Below, in pieces: positions 17,351 through 26,322 of a stretch of 64,000 nucleotides of DNA; within the stretch, counting starts at the first letter, position 1; every line of letters begins with the position of its first letter. This DNA comes from Acidobacteriota bacterium (GTDB lineage: Bacteria > Acidobacteriota > Thermoanaerobaculia > Multivoradales > UBA5704), in NCBI GenBank assembly GCA_040005235.1, contig JBDTZG010000001.1, positions 260,678 to 324,677 of the forward strand, given 5' to 3'. The position numbers and the translations under genes are program-made. The notes under the pieces are model-generated. The model saw only the letters and a list, made by a program, of their open reading frames with translations, was not told the origin of the DNA and did not search any database.

Positions 17351-18577
17351 TCAATCCTTATACGGGTCGAATTCGTCCGCCCCTGCCATCGCCACGATCA
17401 GCGGCCGCAGCGTCGCCTGAACCTCGATCGTCAAGCCTTGGGCCGCCAGCACGTCGGGCAGGCGGCGGTAGGCGTGGGGCGATTCGTCGAGACCGCCGCC
17501 GCGCAGGATCACGCCTTTTTCTTCCAGCCACTGCGCCATCATCTGGGGAGTGACCAGCCCGGCGCGGATCAGCTCGCCGGTCTTGCGGTTTCGTTTCCCC
17601 GCGGCCTGGGTGCGCGACATCACGCGGCCGGCGCCATGGACGGTTGAGTAGAGCGACTGTTCCTGGAGTGCGCGCACTTGGGGATCGTCGCTGGTCCGTC
17701 CGACCAAGATCACCGAGTCGTCGCCCATGCTGCCGCCGACGAAGCCGCGCTGGCCCGGAAACGCCGGGGTCGCCCCTTTGCGCACGACGATCCGCTCCTC
17801 GCCGTCGTGGGTTTCGCGCCAGGCGAAATTGTGGTGGTTGTGGACCAGGTCGGTCTCTGTCCCGCCGAGGATCGACACGGTTTTCCGCGCCACCCATTCG
17901 CGGCCGGCGTAAGCGTAGCGACCGGCCAGCTCCATCAGGTGGTAATAGGCGTCGCCCGCGGGGGAGTCGAGATCGAACAGCACCTCGGTCTCCGGCACCC
18001 GGGTGCCCCAAGCCTCTCCCGCGCCGATCGCCAAAAACCCGGAGGCGACGGTATGACCGAAGCCGCGCGAGCCGAAATGGACGCCGACCCAAAGGAAACC
18101 GTCGTCGTCCACCAGCACGTCCACATAGTGGTTGCCGCTGCCGACCGTGCCGAGCTGGGCGCGCGCCTTCTCTTTGAGGTTGCTGCGATGGTGCGCGGGA
18201 ATCCCCTCCCACGCCGGATCTTCGAACAGCGGATGGCCGACCGGCGCGTCGTCCGAGTGGTTCTTGCGGCCGACGCCGAACGAGATCTCGGCCGCGATCT
18301 CGTCGGCGAAGCGGGTGAGGTCGCGCCGCTCGAACCGCTCGGCGAGGAGATCGGTCCGGATCGCGCAGTTGCCGCAGGCGATGTCGAACCCGACACCCAC
18401 CACCGAGACCCGGTTCTTATACGCCGCGACGCCGCCGATCGGCATTACGTAGCCGAGGTGGCCGTCGGCCATCAGGGCGACCCGCTCGGCATGGACGGCG
18501 ACATCGCGCAACTGATCCAGGGTCTTCTCTTCATGGACGCCGAACACGGCGCCGATTTTCGGGTTCACCGCCTTCAT
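17351..18577 (-). CDS. rtcB: RtcB family RNA ligase
   Basis: DGHLGY, VGFDIACG, GTVGSGNHY, HFGSRG, HNHHN, RKGATPA, STVHGAGR. Confidence 0.92.
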   Translation of the reverse strand: MKAVNPKIGAVFGVHEEKTLDQLRDVAVHAERVALMADGHLGYVMPIGGVAAYKNRVSVVGVGFDIACGNCAIRTDLLAERFERRDLTRFADEIAAEISFGVGRKNHSDDAPVGHPLFEDPAWEGIPAHHRSNLKEKARAQLGTVGSGNHYVDVLVDDDGFLWVGVHFGSRGFGHTVASGFLAIGAGEAWGTRVPETEVLFDLDSPAGDAYYHLMELAGRYAYAGREWVARKTVSILGGTETDLVHNHHNFAWRETHDGEERIVVRKGATPAFPGQRGFVGGSMGDDSVILVGRTSDDPQVRALQEQSLYSTVHGAGRVMSRTQAAGKRNRKTGELIRAGLVTPQMMAQWLEEKGVILRGGGLDESPHAYRRLPDVLAAQGLTIEVQATLRPLIVAMAGADEFDPYKD

Positions 18578-18611
18578 CGCACGAGTTTAGTACCGATGGC
18601 CCTTTCCTTCG

Positions 18612-19289
18612 TCATCCGAGCCCGGCGGCTTGCGCGATCAGAAATAACCCCGAAACAATTACGACGGCCCCGACGGCACGCGCAACGCGCTCGCCGGACG
18701 GGGCGAGGCGCTCAAGCGTAATCGCCGCCGTCACGACCGCCATCGCGCGCAGGTCCATGACTCCGAGGACCAGAAGGAGCACCGTGAGAGGAGCGCAGCA
18801 GTGGAAGCACCTAAGCCCGAGGTGCAGGCCGTGCCGCCAGGCCGTGCCGGCGTCGGCCGGCAGGGTGCGACCGTGCCCGGGCTCCTCCCGACAGCAGGCG
18901 AGTTGACGCGCCTTCCACGCGGAAAGCTGGAGAAAGCCGGCGAGGAGGACGACAATGCCGATCGCGATGCGCGCGAGTGCCGGCAGCTTCATCGCGATCG
19001 TCGCGAGGGCTGCCCCGAGTGGAAATACTGCGATTCCGAACGCGGTCCAGACGAAGAAGTACCCCACGCCCACGAGCGCGGTCAGCCGGCCGAGGCGCTC
19101 TTCGCCGGTTCTTTCGGCGGCCTGGCGATAGCGCCACAGCATCGGAACCAGGGACGGCAGCATCATCGCCACCATCATCACGACCCACATGCCGAGAAAC
19201 GAAGCCGCGGCGCCCGGCCAGGTCTGGCCGGGCATCCGCATCCACGCCATCGACATCGTCCAGCCGCCGGGCATCGGCATCCCGCCCAT
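18612..19289 (-). CDS. DUF2182 predicted metal-binding membrane protein
   Basis: MWVVMMVAMMLPS, WKARQLACCR, GLRCFHCC, LGVMDL; follows DUF899. Confidence 0.85.
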   Translation of the reverse strand: MGGMPMPGGWTMSMAWMRMPGQTWPGAAASFLGMWVVMMVAMMLPSLVPMLWRYRQAAERTGEERLGRLTALVGVGYFFVWTAFGIAVFPLGAALATIAMKLPALARIAIGIVVLLAGFLQLSAWKARQLACCREEPGHGRTLPADAGTAWRHGLHLGLRCFHCCAPLTVLLLVLGVMDLRAMAVVTAAITLERLAPSGERVARAVGAVVIVSGLFLIAQAAGLG

Positions 19290-19292
19290 CGC

Positions 19293-20057
19293 TCAGGCCG
19301 CCTTGTACTCGTCGTGGCGGCGCCACCAGACGCCCGTGTCGTTGCGCCCCTTGGGAGCGCGATCGAGCCATTGATACATGCCCCAGATCCCGTCCACCCC
19401 GCGCGAGTAGGCGGAGTAGGTGTGGTACACGACGCCGTCCTCCAGTACGAAGGCGCTCACGCCCGGCCTCTCGCGCATGTACGTGGCCGCGTCGACTCCG
19501 GACCCTGCCGCCATCTCGGCCACCGGCCCTGCGGCCTCGGCATCCGGGGCCAACGGGCGGGCGCGGCGGTAGTTGTATTCGATGCCCCCTACGTGCTGTT
19601 GCTCCTCGGTGAACCCGACGCTCCAATCGAAGTTGAAGTCGCCGCCGAACGACGACGCCCACGGGAACGTCCAGCCCATTCGCTTCTGATAGGCCTGCAA
19701 CTTCGCCCATGGCGCCCGCGACACGGCGGCCAGCGTGACGTCGTGATTCGCGAGGTGGACCACGGTGCCGTCGAACCCGTCGGCGATCGCCGAGCAGGAC
19801 GGGCATCCCGCCGCAAAGTCGGGTCCGAACATAAAGTGATAGATCAGGAGCTGCGAGCGCCCATCGAACAGATCCGCCAACGTTGCCGTCCCTTTGGCGG
19901 TTTCGAATCGGTATTCCTTGTCGATCCGCACCCAGGGCAGCTCCTGCCGCCGCCGCGCGAGATCGTCGCTCTGCCGCGTCAGCTCCTTTTCCGCTTCGAG
20001 CAGCTCGAGCCGCGCGTCCAACCACTCTTTTCGGGTTCCGATCTTGTGAGTCGTCAT
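19293..20057 (-). CDS. DUF899 thioredoxin-like protein
   Basis: RRRQELPW, LADLFDGRSQLLIYHFMFGP, GCPSCS, YHTYS, WLDRAPKGRN. Confidence 0.9.
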   Translation of the reverse strand: MTTHKIGTRKEWLDARLELLEAEKELTRQSDDLARRRQELPWVRIDKEYRFETAKGTATLADLFDGRSQLLIYHFMFGPDFAAGCPSCSAIADGFDGTVVHLANHDVTLAAVSRAPWAKLQAYQKRMGWTFPWASSFGGDFNFDWSVGFTEEQQHVGGIEYNYRRARPLAPDAEAAGPVAEMAAGSGVDAATYMRERPGVSAFVLEDGVVYHTYSAYSRGVDGIWGMYQWLDRAPKGRNDTGVWWRRHDEYKAA

Positions 20058-20155
20058 CGTTCGATTCTCCTTCCACCCCGGGGTGGATGTTGGTCTTGCG
20101 ATAGCCTAGGCGCCGGGGTTCGAGCGGTGGGAGTGACAAATGTGACGGGATTTCA

Positions 20156-21382
20156 ATGGACTCGTTGATCACTGCCGCGGCGCATGCGCTCGCCGCGGGC
20201 GATCCGCTCGGCGCCTTGAAGCGGGTTGCCCTCCGCGACGACGCGCCGGGTCTGGCGCTGCGCGGCCTCGCGATGGCGCAGCTCGGCGATCTCGCCCGGG
20301 CGAGGTCGCTCTTGCAGAGGGCCGCGCGCGCCTTCGGTTCGAAAGAGGCCGTGGCCCGTGCCAAGTGCGTCGTCGCCGAGGCCGAGATCGCTCTGGTTTC
20401 GCGCGACTTGGGTTGGCCCGAAAGGTCGCTCGACGCGGCGCGGGCGACGCTCGAAAGGTCTGGCGACCGGGCCAACGCGGCGCACGCGCGGGTTCTTGGA
20501 ATCCGCAGAAACCTTCTCATCGGGCGCCTGGACGAAGCGGAGCGCGCTCTCGCCGTTCTCGATCCGGCACCCCTGCCCCCCGCACTCCGAGCCGCTCACG
20601 AACTGGTGATCGCGGGAATCGCGGTGCGGCGCTTGCGGATTGAGGTCGCGCGCACCGCCCTTGCCCGCGCCGAACGGGCGGCGCGCGAGGCGCGCATCCC
20701 CGCGCTCTTGGCGGAGGTAGAAAGCGCGGCCAACGTTCTCCAAATGCCCGCCGCGCGCCGGATCGCCGACGGTGAGGAGCGGCTGCTCCGGCTCGATGAG
20801 GTCGAGGTGCTGCTCGCGTCGGACGCCTTCGTGGTGGATGCGTGCCGTCACGCGGTCTATTGCGCGGGCGCGGCGGTCTCGCTTTCGACCCGGCCGGTGC
20901 TGTTCGCGCTCGCTCGCGCGCTTGCCGAAGCGTGGCCGGGAGACGTCGGGCGGGACGCGCTGATTTCGCGCGCCTTCGGCTCGCGGTTCGTCGACGAATC
21001 GCATCGCGCGCGGCTGCGGGTCGAAATCGGACGGCTCCGCGCGCTGCTCGGCGAAGCGGCCGAGGTGAGGGCCACGAAGCTTGGTTTCTCTCTCGCGCCG
21101 CTCAAGGCACGCGCGGTCGTCGTCCTCGCGCGTCCGGTCGAAGCCGAAGGGGAGCACGCGGAGGTGCTGGCCTTTCTCGCCGACGGCGAATCGTGGTCCA
21201 GCTCAGGCCTCGCCCTCGCGCTACAGACGAGCCAGCGCACCGTGCAGCGGGCGCTCGACTCGTTGTCGGCATCCGGCAAGGTGCAGGCGGTGGGCGGCGG
21301 GCGCGCCCGACGTTGGATGACCCCTCCTACCTTGGGATTCACGACGACTTTGTTACTCCCGGCTCCTCTGTCGATTGACTAA
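20156..21382 (+). CDS. Helical-repeat / HTH domain putative regulator
   Basis: MDSLITAAAHALAAGDPLGAL N-terminus; winged-HTH-like RLRVEIGRLR; C-terminal HTH WSSSGLALALQTSQRTVQRAL. Confidence 0.8.
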   Translation: MDSLITAAAHALAAGDPLGALKRVALRDDAPGLALRGLAMAQLGDLARARSLLQRAARAFGSKEAVARAKCVVAEAEIALVSRDLGWPERSLDAARATLERSGDRANAAHARVLGIRRNLLIGRLDEAERALAVLDPAPLPPALRAAHELVIAGIAVRRLRIEVARTALARAERAAREARIPALLAEVESAANVLQMPAARRIADGEERLLRLDEVEVLLASDAFVVDACRHAVYCAGAAVSLSTRPVLFALARALAEAWPGDVGRDALISRAFGSRFVDESHRARLRVEIGRLRALLGEAAEVRATKLGFSLAPLKARAVVVLARPVEAEGEHAEVLAFLADGESWSSSGLALALQTSQRTVQRALDSLSASGKVQAVGGGRARRWMTPPTLGFTTTLLLPAPLSID

Positions 21383-21391
21383 GATCCGGCC

Positions 21392-22036
21392 ATGAGCACT
21401 TCCACTGCCGAGATCGTTCGTGAGTACGGCCCGTTTCCGGGGGCCGACCGCGTGCATGGCGTCACCTACGACGGCGAAAACGTCTGGTTCGCTACGGGAG
21501 ATCGTTTGCAGGCCTTCGATCCCGAAAGCGGAATGCCGCTGCGCTCCCTCGACGTCGCCGCGCATGCCGGAACCGCGTTCGACGGCGAGCACCTGTTTCA
21601 GCTCGCGGAGGACCGCATCCAGAAGATCGATCCCCAGACCGGCCGCGTTCTAGCGACGATCCCGGCACCCGGAAAAGGCGGCGACTCGGGCCTTACCTGG
21701 GCCGAGGGAACGCTCTGGGTGGGGGAGTATCGGGACCGGAAGATCCATCAGATCGATCCCGAATCCGGGGCGATCCTGCGCACGATCGAATCCAACCGCT
21801 TCGTCACCGGCGTCACCTGGCTCGACGGCGAGCTTTGGCACGCTACCTGGGAAGGGGACGAAAGCGACTTGCGGCGCGTCGATCCTCAGACGGGTGAGGT
21901 CCTGGAGAGGCTGGAGATGCCGCCCGGCATCAACGTTTCGGGGCTTGAGTCCGACGGCGTCGACCGGTTCTTCTGCGGCGGGGGAGGAAGCGGAAAAGTG
22001 AGGGCGGTCCGCCGGCCCGGTTCCGCGACCCGGTAA
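21392..22036 (+). CDS. Glutaminyl-cyclase-like beta-propeller protein
   Basis: Repeated HGVTYDG / AGTAFDG / SGLTWAEG / TGVTWLDG / SGLESDG blades. Confidence 0.75.
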   Translation: MSTSTAEIVREYGPFPGADRVHGVTYDGENVWFATGDRLQAFDPESGMPLRSLDVAAHAGTAFDGEHLFQLAEDRIQKIDPQTGRVLATIPAPGKGGDSGLTWAEGTLWVGEYRDRKIHQIDPESGAILRTIESNRFVTGVTWLDGELWHATWEGDESDLRRVDPQTGEVLERLEMPPGINVSGLESDGVDRFFCGGGGSGKVRAVRRPGSATR

Positions 22037-22086
22037 TTGCAGCAGGCGCAGCGGGTACAGCGGGCGCTGCTACGATATCGACCTCC

Positions 22087-24582
22087 ATGGCCCGATCTCG
22101 CCCGCGCGTCCCGCCTCCCGCAGCGCCTCCCGTTGCGGGCGTTGCGCCGCGCAACTCCCGCCCCTTCCGTCCCTTCCGCTCGCGCCGGGCGATCGTCTTG
22201 GCGGCCGGGGTGGTGCTCCTTCTCGGTATCGCCGCCTGGTTCGGGCTTCGGCGTTCGGGGCCGCTCGGCGGCCTGCCGCGCGGTCTCGCCCCCGGCGACT
22301 TGAACGTCCTCCTGATCACGCTCGACACCACGCGCGCGGACCGGCTCGGCTGCTACGGCGCCTCGGGGGTGGAAACCCCCAACCTCGACGCGCTCGCCGC
22401 GCGGGGCACGCTGTTCGAGCGGGCGATCTCGCCGGTTCCTCTGACGTTGCCGGCGCATACCTCCCTGATGACCGGCGAGCTGCCGGCGATGCACGGCGTG
22501 CGCGACAACGGCGGGTTTCGCGTCGGGCCTGAGAAGGTCACCCTCGCCGAGGTCCTCGCTGCCCAAGGCTGGGCGACCGGCGGTTTCGTCTCGGCCTACG
22601 TGCTCGATCACCGGTGGGGGATCGGCCAGGGCTTTGGTACCTATTACGACGACTTCGATCTCGCCAAGTTCAAGACCATGAGCATGGGGGACATCCAGCG
22701 CCGCGGCGACGTGACGGTCGAGCACGCCCTGCAATGGATCGGCGAGCGGGGGGAGGGGAAGAAATTCTTCGCCTGGGTCCACCTCTACGACCCGCATTCG
22801 CCCTACGACCCGCCCGAGCCGTTCGCGACGCGCTACAAGGGGCATCCCTACAACGGCGAGATCGCCTGGACCGACGAGCTGGTCGGCCGCCTGCTGGAGG
22901 GTCTCGAAGCGCGCGGTTTGGCCGAGCGGACGCTCGTCGCGGTGATCGCCGACCACGGCGAGAGCCTGGGCGAGCATGGCGAGCATGGTCACGGCTTCTT
23001 CCTCTACGAGCCGACCACCCACGTGCCGCTGCTGCTCGCGGGACCGTACGCCGGCCTCGCCGGGCGGCGGATCGCCTCGGTGGTGCGCAATGTCGACCTC
23101 GCCCCGACGCTGCTCGACCTGCTCGGGATCGGCGGCCCGGCCGGTTCCGGCGGTTCTGGCGGTGCCGGAGAACGCCTCGTGGGTCAGGGCCGGAGCCTCG
23201 TGCCTCTGCTCTCGCAATCCGCCCCCGCGGACAACCCGCCCGGCTACAGCGAGGCGTTCTATTCCCGGTTCCACTATGGCTGGAGCGAGCTGCGTTCGAT
23301 CCGAACTAAAGAGTGGCACTTCATCGAGGCGCCGAAGCCGGAGCTGTACGACCTCACCGCCGATCCGGGCGAGCTGAAAAACCTGGCGGCCGACGATCGC
23401 CGGACGGTCGCCGAGCTGCGCGGCCGGCTCGCGGCGCTCGACCGCGAAGTGGACGCCGCGATCGAGAAGGAGCGCGCGGCGCACCCCGCCGGATCGAAGT
23501 CGGGGGCGGGGGCGCCGGTCGAAGAGGACGAGGAGACGCTCCGCAAGCTCGCGGCGCTGGGCTACGTCGGCTCGATGGGCGACGCCGCGGCGGGCAAGAT
23601 CTTCCGCGAGCTGCCCGACCCGAAAGACCGGCTGGACGTCTACAACCTGATGAACCAGGCGCGCGAGCAGCTCTCCGCCGGCAAATCCGACGAGGCGATC
23701 GCCACCTATACCCAAGTGCTCGCGCTCGATGGCCAGGTGATCGACGCCTGGTTCGGGCGCGGCAACGCGAAGTTCCAGAAACAGCAATGGGCGGCGGCGG
23801 CGGAAGATTTCCGCCAGACGCTTAAGCGGCGGCCCGACCACGACTACGCGATGATCGGCCTCGCCGACACGCTGGTGGCGACAGACCGGATCGACGACGC
23901 CGTGCTCGGCTATCGGAAATTCCTCGACCAGGACCCGGACAACGGCCAGATCTCCTACCGCCTGGCGCAGGTGCTGCTGGACGCCGGACGAGATGACGAG
24001 GCGGAGCGCTGGTTCGCCCGCACGCTCGAAATCGAGCCGGGCACCGCGCGCGCCGAGGTCGGCCGGGCGGTGGTGGCGTTTCGCAAAAAAGACTTCGGCG
24101 GCTCGGAATCGGCGCTCGGCCGAGCGCTCGCGATCGACCCCAAGGCGCGCCACGCCCGCTACAACCTGGCGCTGGTGAAAGAGTCCGAAGGCGACGTCGG
24201 TGGCGCCGAGGCGGCCTACCGTGCCGAGGTGGCCGATTACCCCGACGCCTACAAGGCGTGGTTCAACCTCGGACGGCTGCTCGCGCGGCGGGGCGACGTG
24301 CGCGGGGCCGAAGCGGCGTTTTCGCGCACCGTCGCCGCGGATCCGGATTTTGCGGTCGGTCGTTTTTACCATGCCCAGGCGCTGCTCGAAGCCGGCGATG
24401 TAAAGGGCGCCGAGGCCGAGGCGCGCCGAGGCCTGGCGCTCGATTCAGATTCCTCGTTCGCGGCGCTCGGGCATTACGTCCTCGCCGACCTGTTGAAACG
24501 CGCCGGGCGCGGGGCGGAGTCTGCGGCCGAGCTGCGCCGCGGCCAGGCGCTCGAAGCGCGCGGCCTGGGCCGAAAGAGATAG
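22087..24582 (+). CDS. Membrane-anchored sulfatase-like hydrolase with C-terminal TPRs
   Basis: NVLLITLDTTRAD, PLTLPAHTSLMTG, WVHLYDPH, ADHGE, LAALGYV, then multiple TPRs. Confidence 0.88.
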   Translation: MARSRPRVPPPAAPPVAGVAPRNSRPFRPFRSRRAIVLAAGVVLLLGIAAWFGLRRSGPLGGLPRGLAPGDLNVLLITLDTTRADRLGCYGASGVETPNLDALAARGTLFERAISPVPLTLPAHTSLMTGELPAMHGVRDNGGFRVGPEKVTLAEVLAAQGWATGGFVSAYVLDHRWGIGQGFGTYYDDFDLAKFKTMSMGDIQRRGDVTVEHALQWIGERGEGKKFFAWVHLYDPHSPYDPPEPFATRYKGHPYNGEIAWTDELVGRLLEGLEARGLAERTLVAVIADHGESLGEHGEHGHGFFLYEPTTHVPLLLAGPYAGLAGRRIASVVRNVDLAPTLLDLLGIGGPAGSGGSGGAGERLVGQGRSLVPLLSQSAPADNPPGYSEAFYSRFHYGWSELRSIRTKEWHFIEAPKPELYDLTADPGELKNLAADDRRTVAELRGRLAALDREVDAAIEKERAAHPAGSKSGAGAPVEEDEETLRKLAALGYVGSMGDAAAGKIFRELPDPKDRLDVYNLMNQAREQLSAGKSDEAIATYTQVLALDGQVIDAWFGRGNAKFQKQQWAAAAEDFRQTLKRRPDHDYAMIGLADTLVATDRIDDAVLGYRKFLDQDPDNGQISYRLAQVLLDAGRDDEAERWFARTLEIEPGTARAEVGRAVVAFRKKDFGGSESALGRALAIDPKARHARYNLALVKESEGDVGGAEAAYRAEVADYPDAYKAWFNLGRLLARRGDVRGAEAAFSRTVAADPDFAVGRFYHAQALLEAGDVKGAEAEARRGLALDSDSSFAALGHYVLADLLKRAGRGAESAAELRRGQALEARGLGRKR

Positions 24583-24673
24583 GATCGAATCTTGGCCCGA
24601 TGATGGCGGCGGAAGTGTGAGGTTTCGGACTTCAACGGTCGGCTTGTCCCCTGGCGCGCAAGAGGATTTGAGG

Positions 24674-26266
24674 ATGCGGAAGGAAGCGGTGGATTCCCTT
24701 GCGCCGGAGGAAGGCGACCGGCGCGCCGCCGCGGATTCGTGGGGCGCAGCGGCTCCGATCCGTCGCATTCTCGCGGTCGACGACCATCCGGACATTCTGC
24801 TGCTGGTCGAGCTGACGCTGCGCCGCGCCGGCTTCGAGGTCGAGACCGCCTCCCATCCCGGCCGGGTGGAAGCGCTGCTCGATCGCCACGCGTTCGACGC
24901 CGTGATCCTCGATCTCTCGCTGCCCGAAATCTCCGGCCTCGAAGTCTTGCGCCGCCTGCGCGACTCGCCGCGCCATCGCGACCTGCCGGTGATGATCCTG
25001 TCCGCCCATGGCGAGAGCGCCGATCGGGTACGCGGCCTGCGCGAAGGGGCCAACGACTACCTGGCGAAACCGTTCGAGCCGGAAGAGCTGCTGCTGCGGG
25101 TGAAGAACCTGGTCACCGGCCGGCCGGCCGCCCAGGCGGCCGCAGCACCGCCGACTCACCAGCTCTCGGGCTCGCTCGATGGCTATCCGCTCTGGGACCT
25201 GTTGCAGTCGCTGGAGCGCTCCGCCCGCTCCGGGCGGATTTCGATCGAGCGGGCCGGACAGACGATCGACCTGATTCTTCGCGAGGGGGGCCTGGTCCAC
25301 TCCCAAGTGAGCGTGCGCGGCAGCGTTTCGCTGGTCGGTGAAGAAGCGGCGATAGTGGCGCTCACCAGCACCGAAGGGACGTTCCGCTTCTTCGACGAAG
25401 CGCCCCGCGTGCCGGCCGAAGCGCGGCCGGTCGACGTGGCGCACCTGCTGATGACCGCGGCCTGGCTGTCCGACGAGATGGCGAACCGTGCCCCCTTTCT
25501 GGTCGACTGGGACGAGCCGATCCGGCTGGGTGATCGCAGTGCGGTGGAGATCCCTCCAGAGCTGTTGAGCCCGGGGGGCGAGCGGGTGCTCGGCACGCTG
25601 GTCGCCGAAGCGAGCACCACCCGCCGGGCGCTCCACGATCGGGGGCTCGCGGCGCCGGTGACGATCGATCTGCTGCTCGCCACCCTCGCCCAGCACGGCG
25701 CTCTGATCTCGCTCGATCCCGTCGCCACCAGCCGGCGGGAGCAGGTGCGCGCGCTCGCCGCGGTCGATCGGCTCCACGGAGGCGCCCGGGGTCTCGCCTC
25801 TACCCACATCCTGCTGCTCGCGTCGGCCGGCGCCTGGCACCGTTTCATCGCCCAGCTCGGCGCCTGGGTGCCGCCGGTCGAGGGTTGGTGGGAGCGCCTG
25901 GAATCGATCGCCCGCGAGCGTGGCGGCAGCATCAAGCTCGTAAGCCCGGGGGGCGAAGTGGCGCTCCACCTTTTGGCCTTCGACGCCTCGACGCTTGCGC
26001 GAGCCGAAAACGTCCTGCCGCTCTGCCTCGGCGCCGGCATCTGGTGGGGAGACGACGACCCGCAGCTGGCGTCAGGGCTCGTCGAACGGGCGGAACGATC
26101 GCCCGGTTTCCTGGCCGGCGTCTGGATCCCGATCGAGCAGGTCCCGAGCGAAAAAACCGCCGCCGGAGCCGATCCCGTGACCCCGGTCCTCGCCGGCCGA
26201 GAGCGGTGGTGCCGGGTCGCCGATTCGCCGCAAAATCTCTCTTCGTTCTTGGAAAGTCTCCTCTAG
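24674..26266 (+). CDS. Response regulator with DUF4388 (PatA-like) domain
   Basis: ILAVDD, ILDLSLPEISG, GANDYLAKPF; LSGSLDGYPLWDLLQ...G.F.F DUF4388. Confidence 0.85.
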   Translation: MRKEAVDSLAPEEGDRRAAADSWGAAAPIRRILAVDDHPDILLLVELTLRRAGFEVETASHPGRVEALLDRHAFDAVILDLSLPEISGLEVLRRLRDSPRHRDLPVMILSAHGESADRVRGLREGANDYLAKPFEPEELLLRVKNLVTGRPAAQAAAAPPTHQLSGSLDGYPLWDLLQSLERSARSGRISIERAGQTIDLILREGGLVHSQVSVRGSVSLVGEEAAIVALTSTEGTFRFFDEAPRVPAEARPVDVAHLLMTAAWLSDEMANRAPFLVDWDEPIRLGDRSAVEIPPELLSPGGERVLGTLVAEASTTRRALHDRGLAAPVTIDLLLATLAQHGALISLDPVATSRREQVRALAAVDRLHGGARGLASTHILLLASAGAWHRFIAQLGAWVPPVEGWWERLESIARERGGSIKLVSPGGEVALHLLAFDASTLARAENVLPLCLGAGIWWGDDDPQLASGLVERAERSPGFLAGVWIPIEQVPSEKTAAGADPVTPVLAGRERWCRVADSPQNLSSFLESLL

Positions 26267-26322
26267 TCCGGCCCCTCGGCCGGCCGGCTTTCAAAGACCT
26301 AGGGCTCGCGAAAGGGCGATAC

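Noticed and set aside
17351-18577. rtc RNA-repair operon or linked tRNA/Y-RNA
   Set aside because: No rtcA, rtcR, TROVE or prfH gene and no tRNA-like sequence was recognised nearby.
21886-24372. Long antisense ORFs (also 46062..48842, 35628..37928, 40707..42974, 4708..6714, 14396..16198)
   Set aside because: Shadow ORFs expected in high-GC DNA, opposite genes that have clear family motifs.
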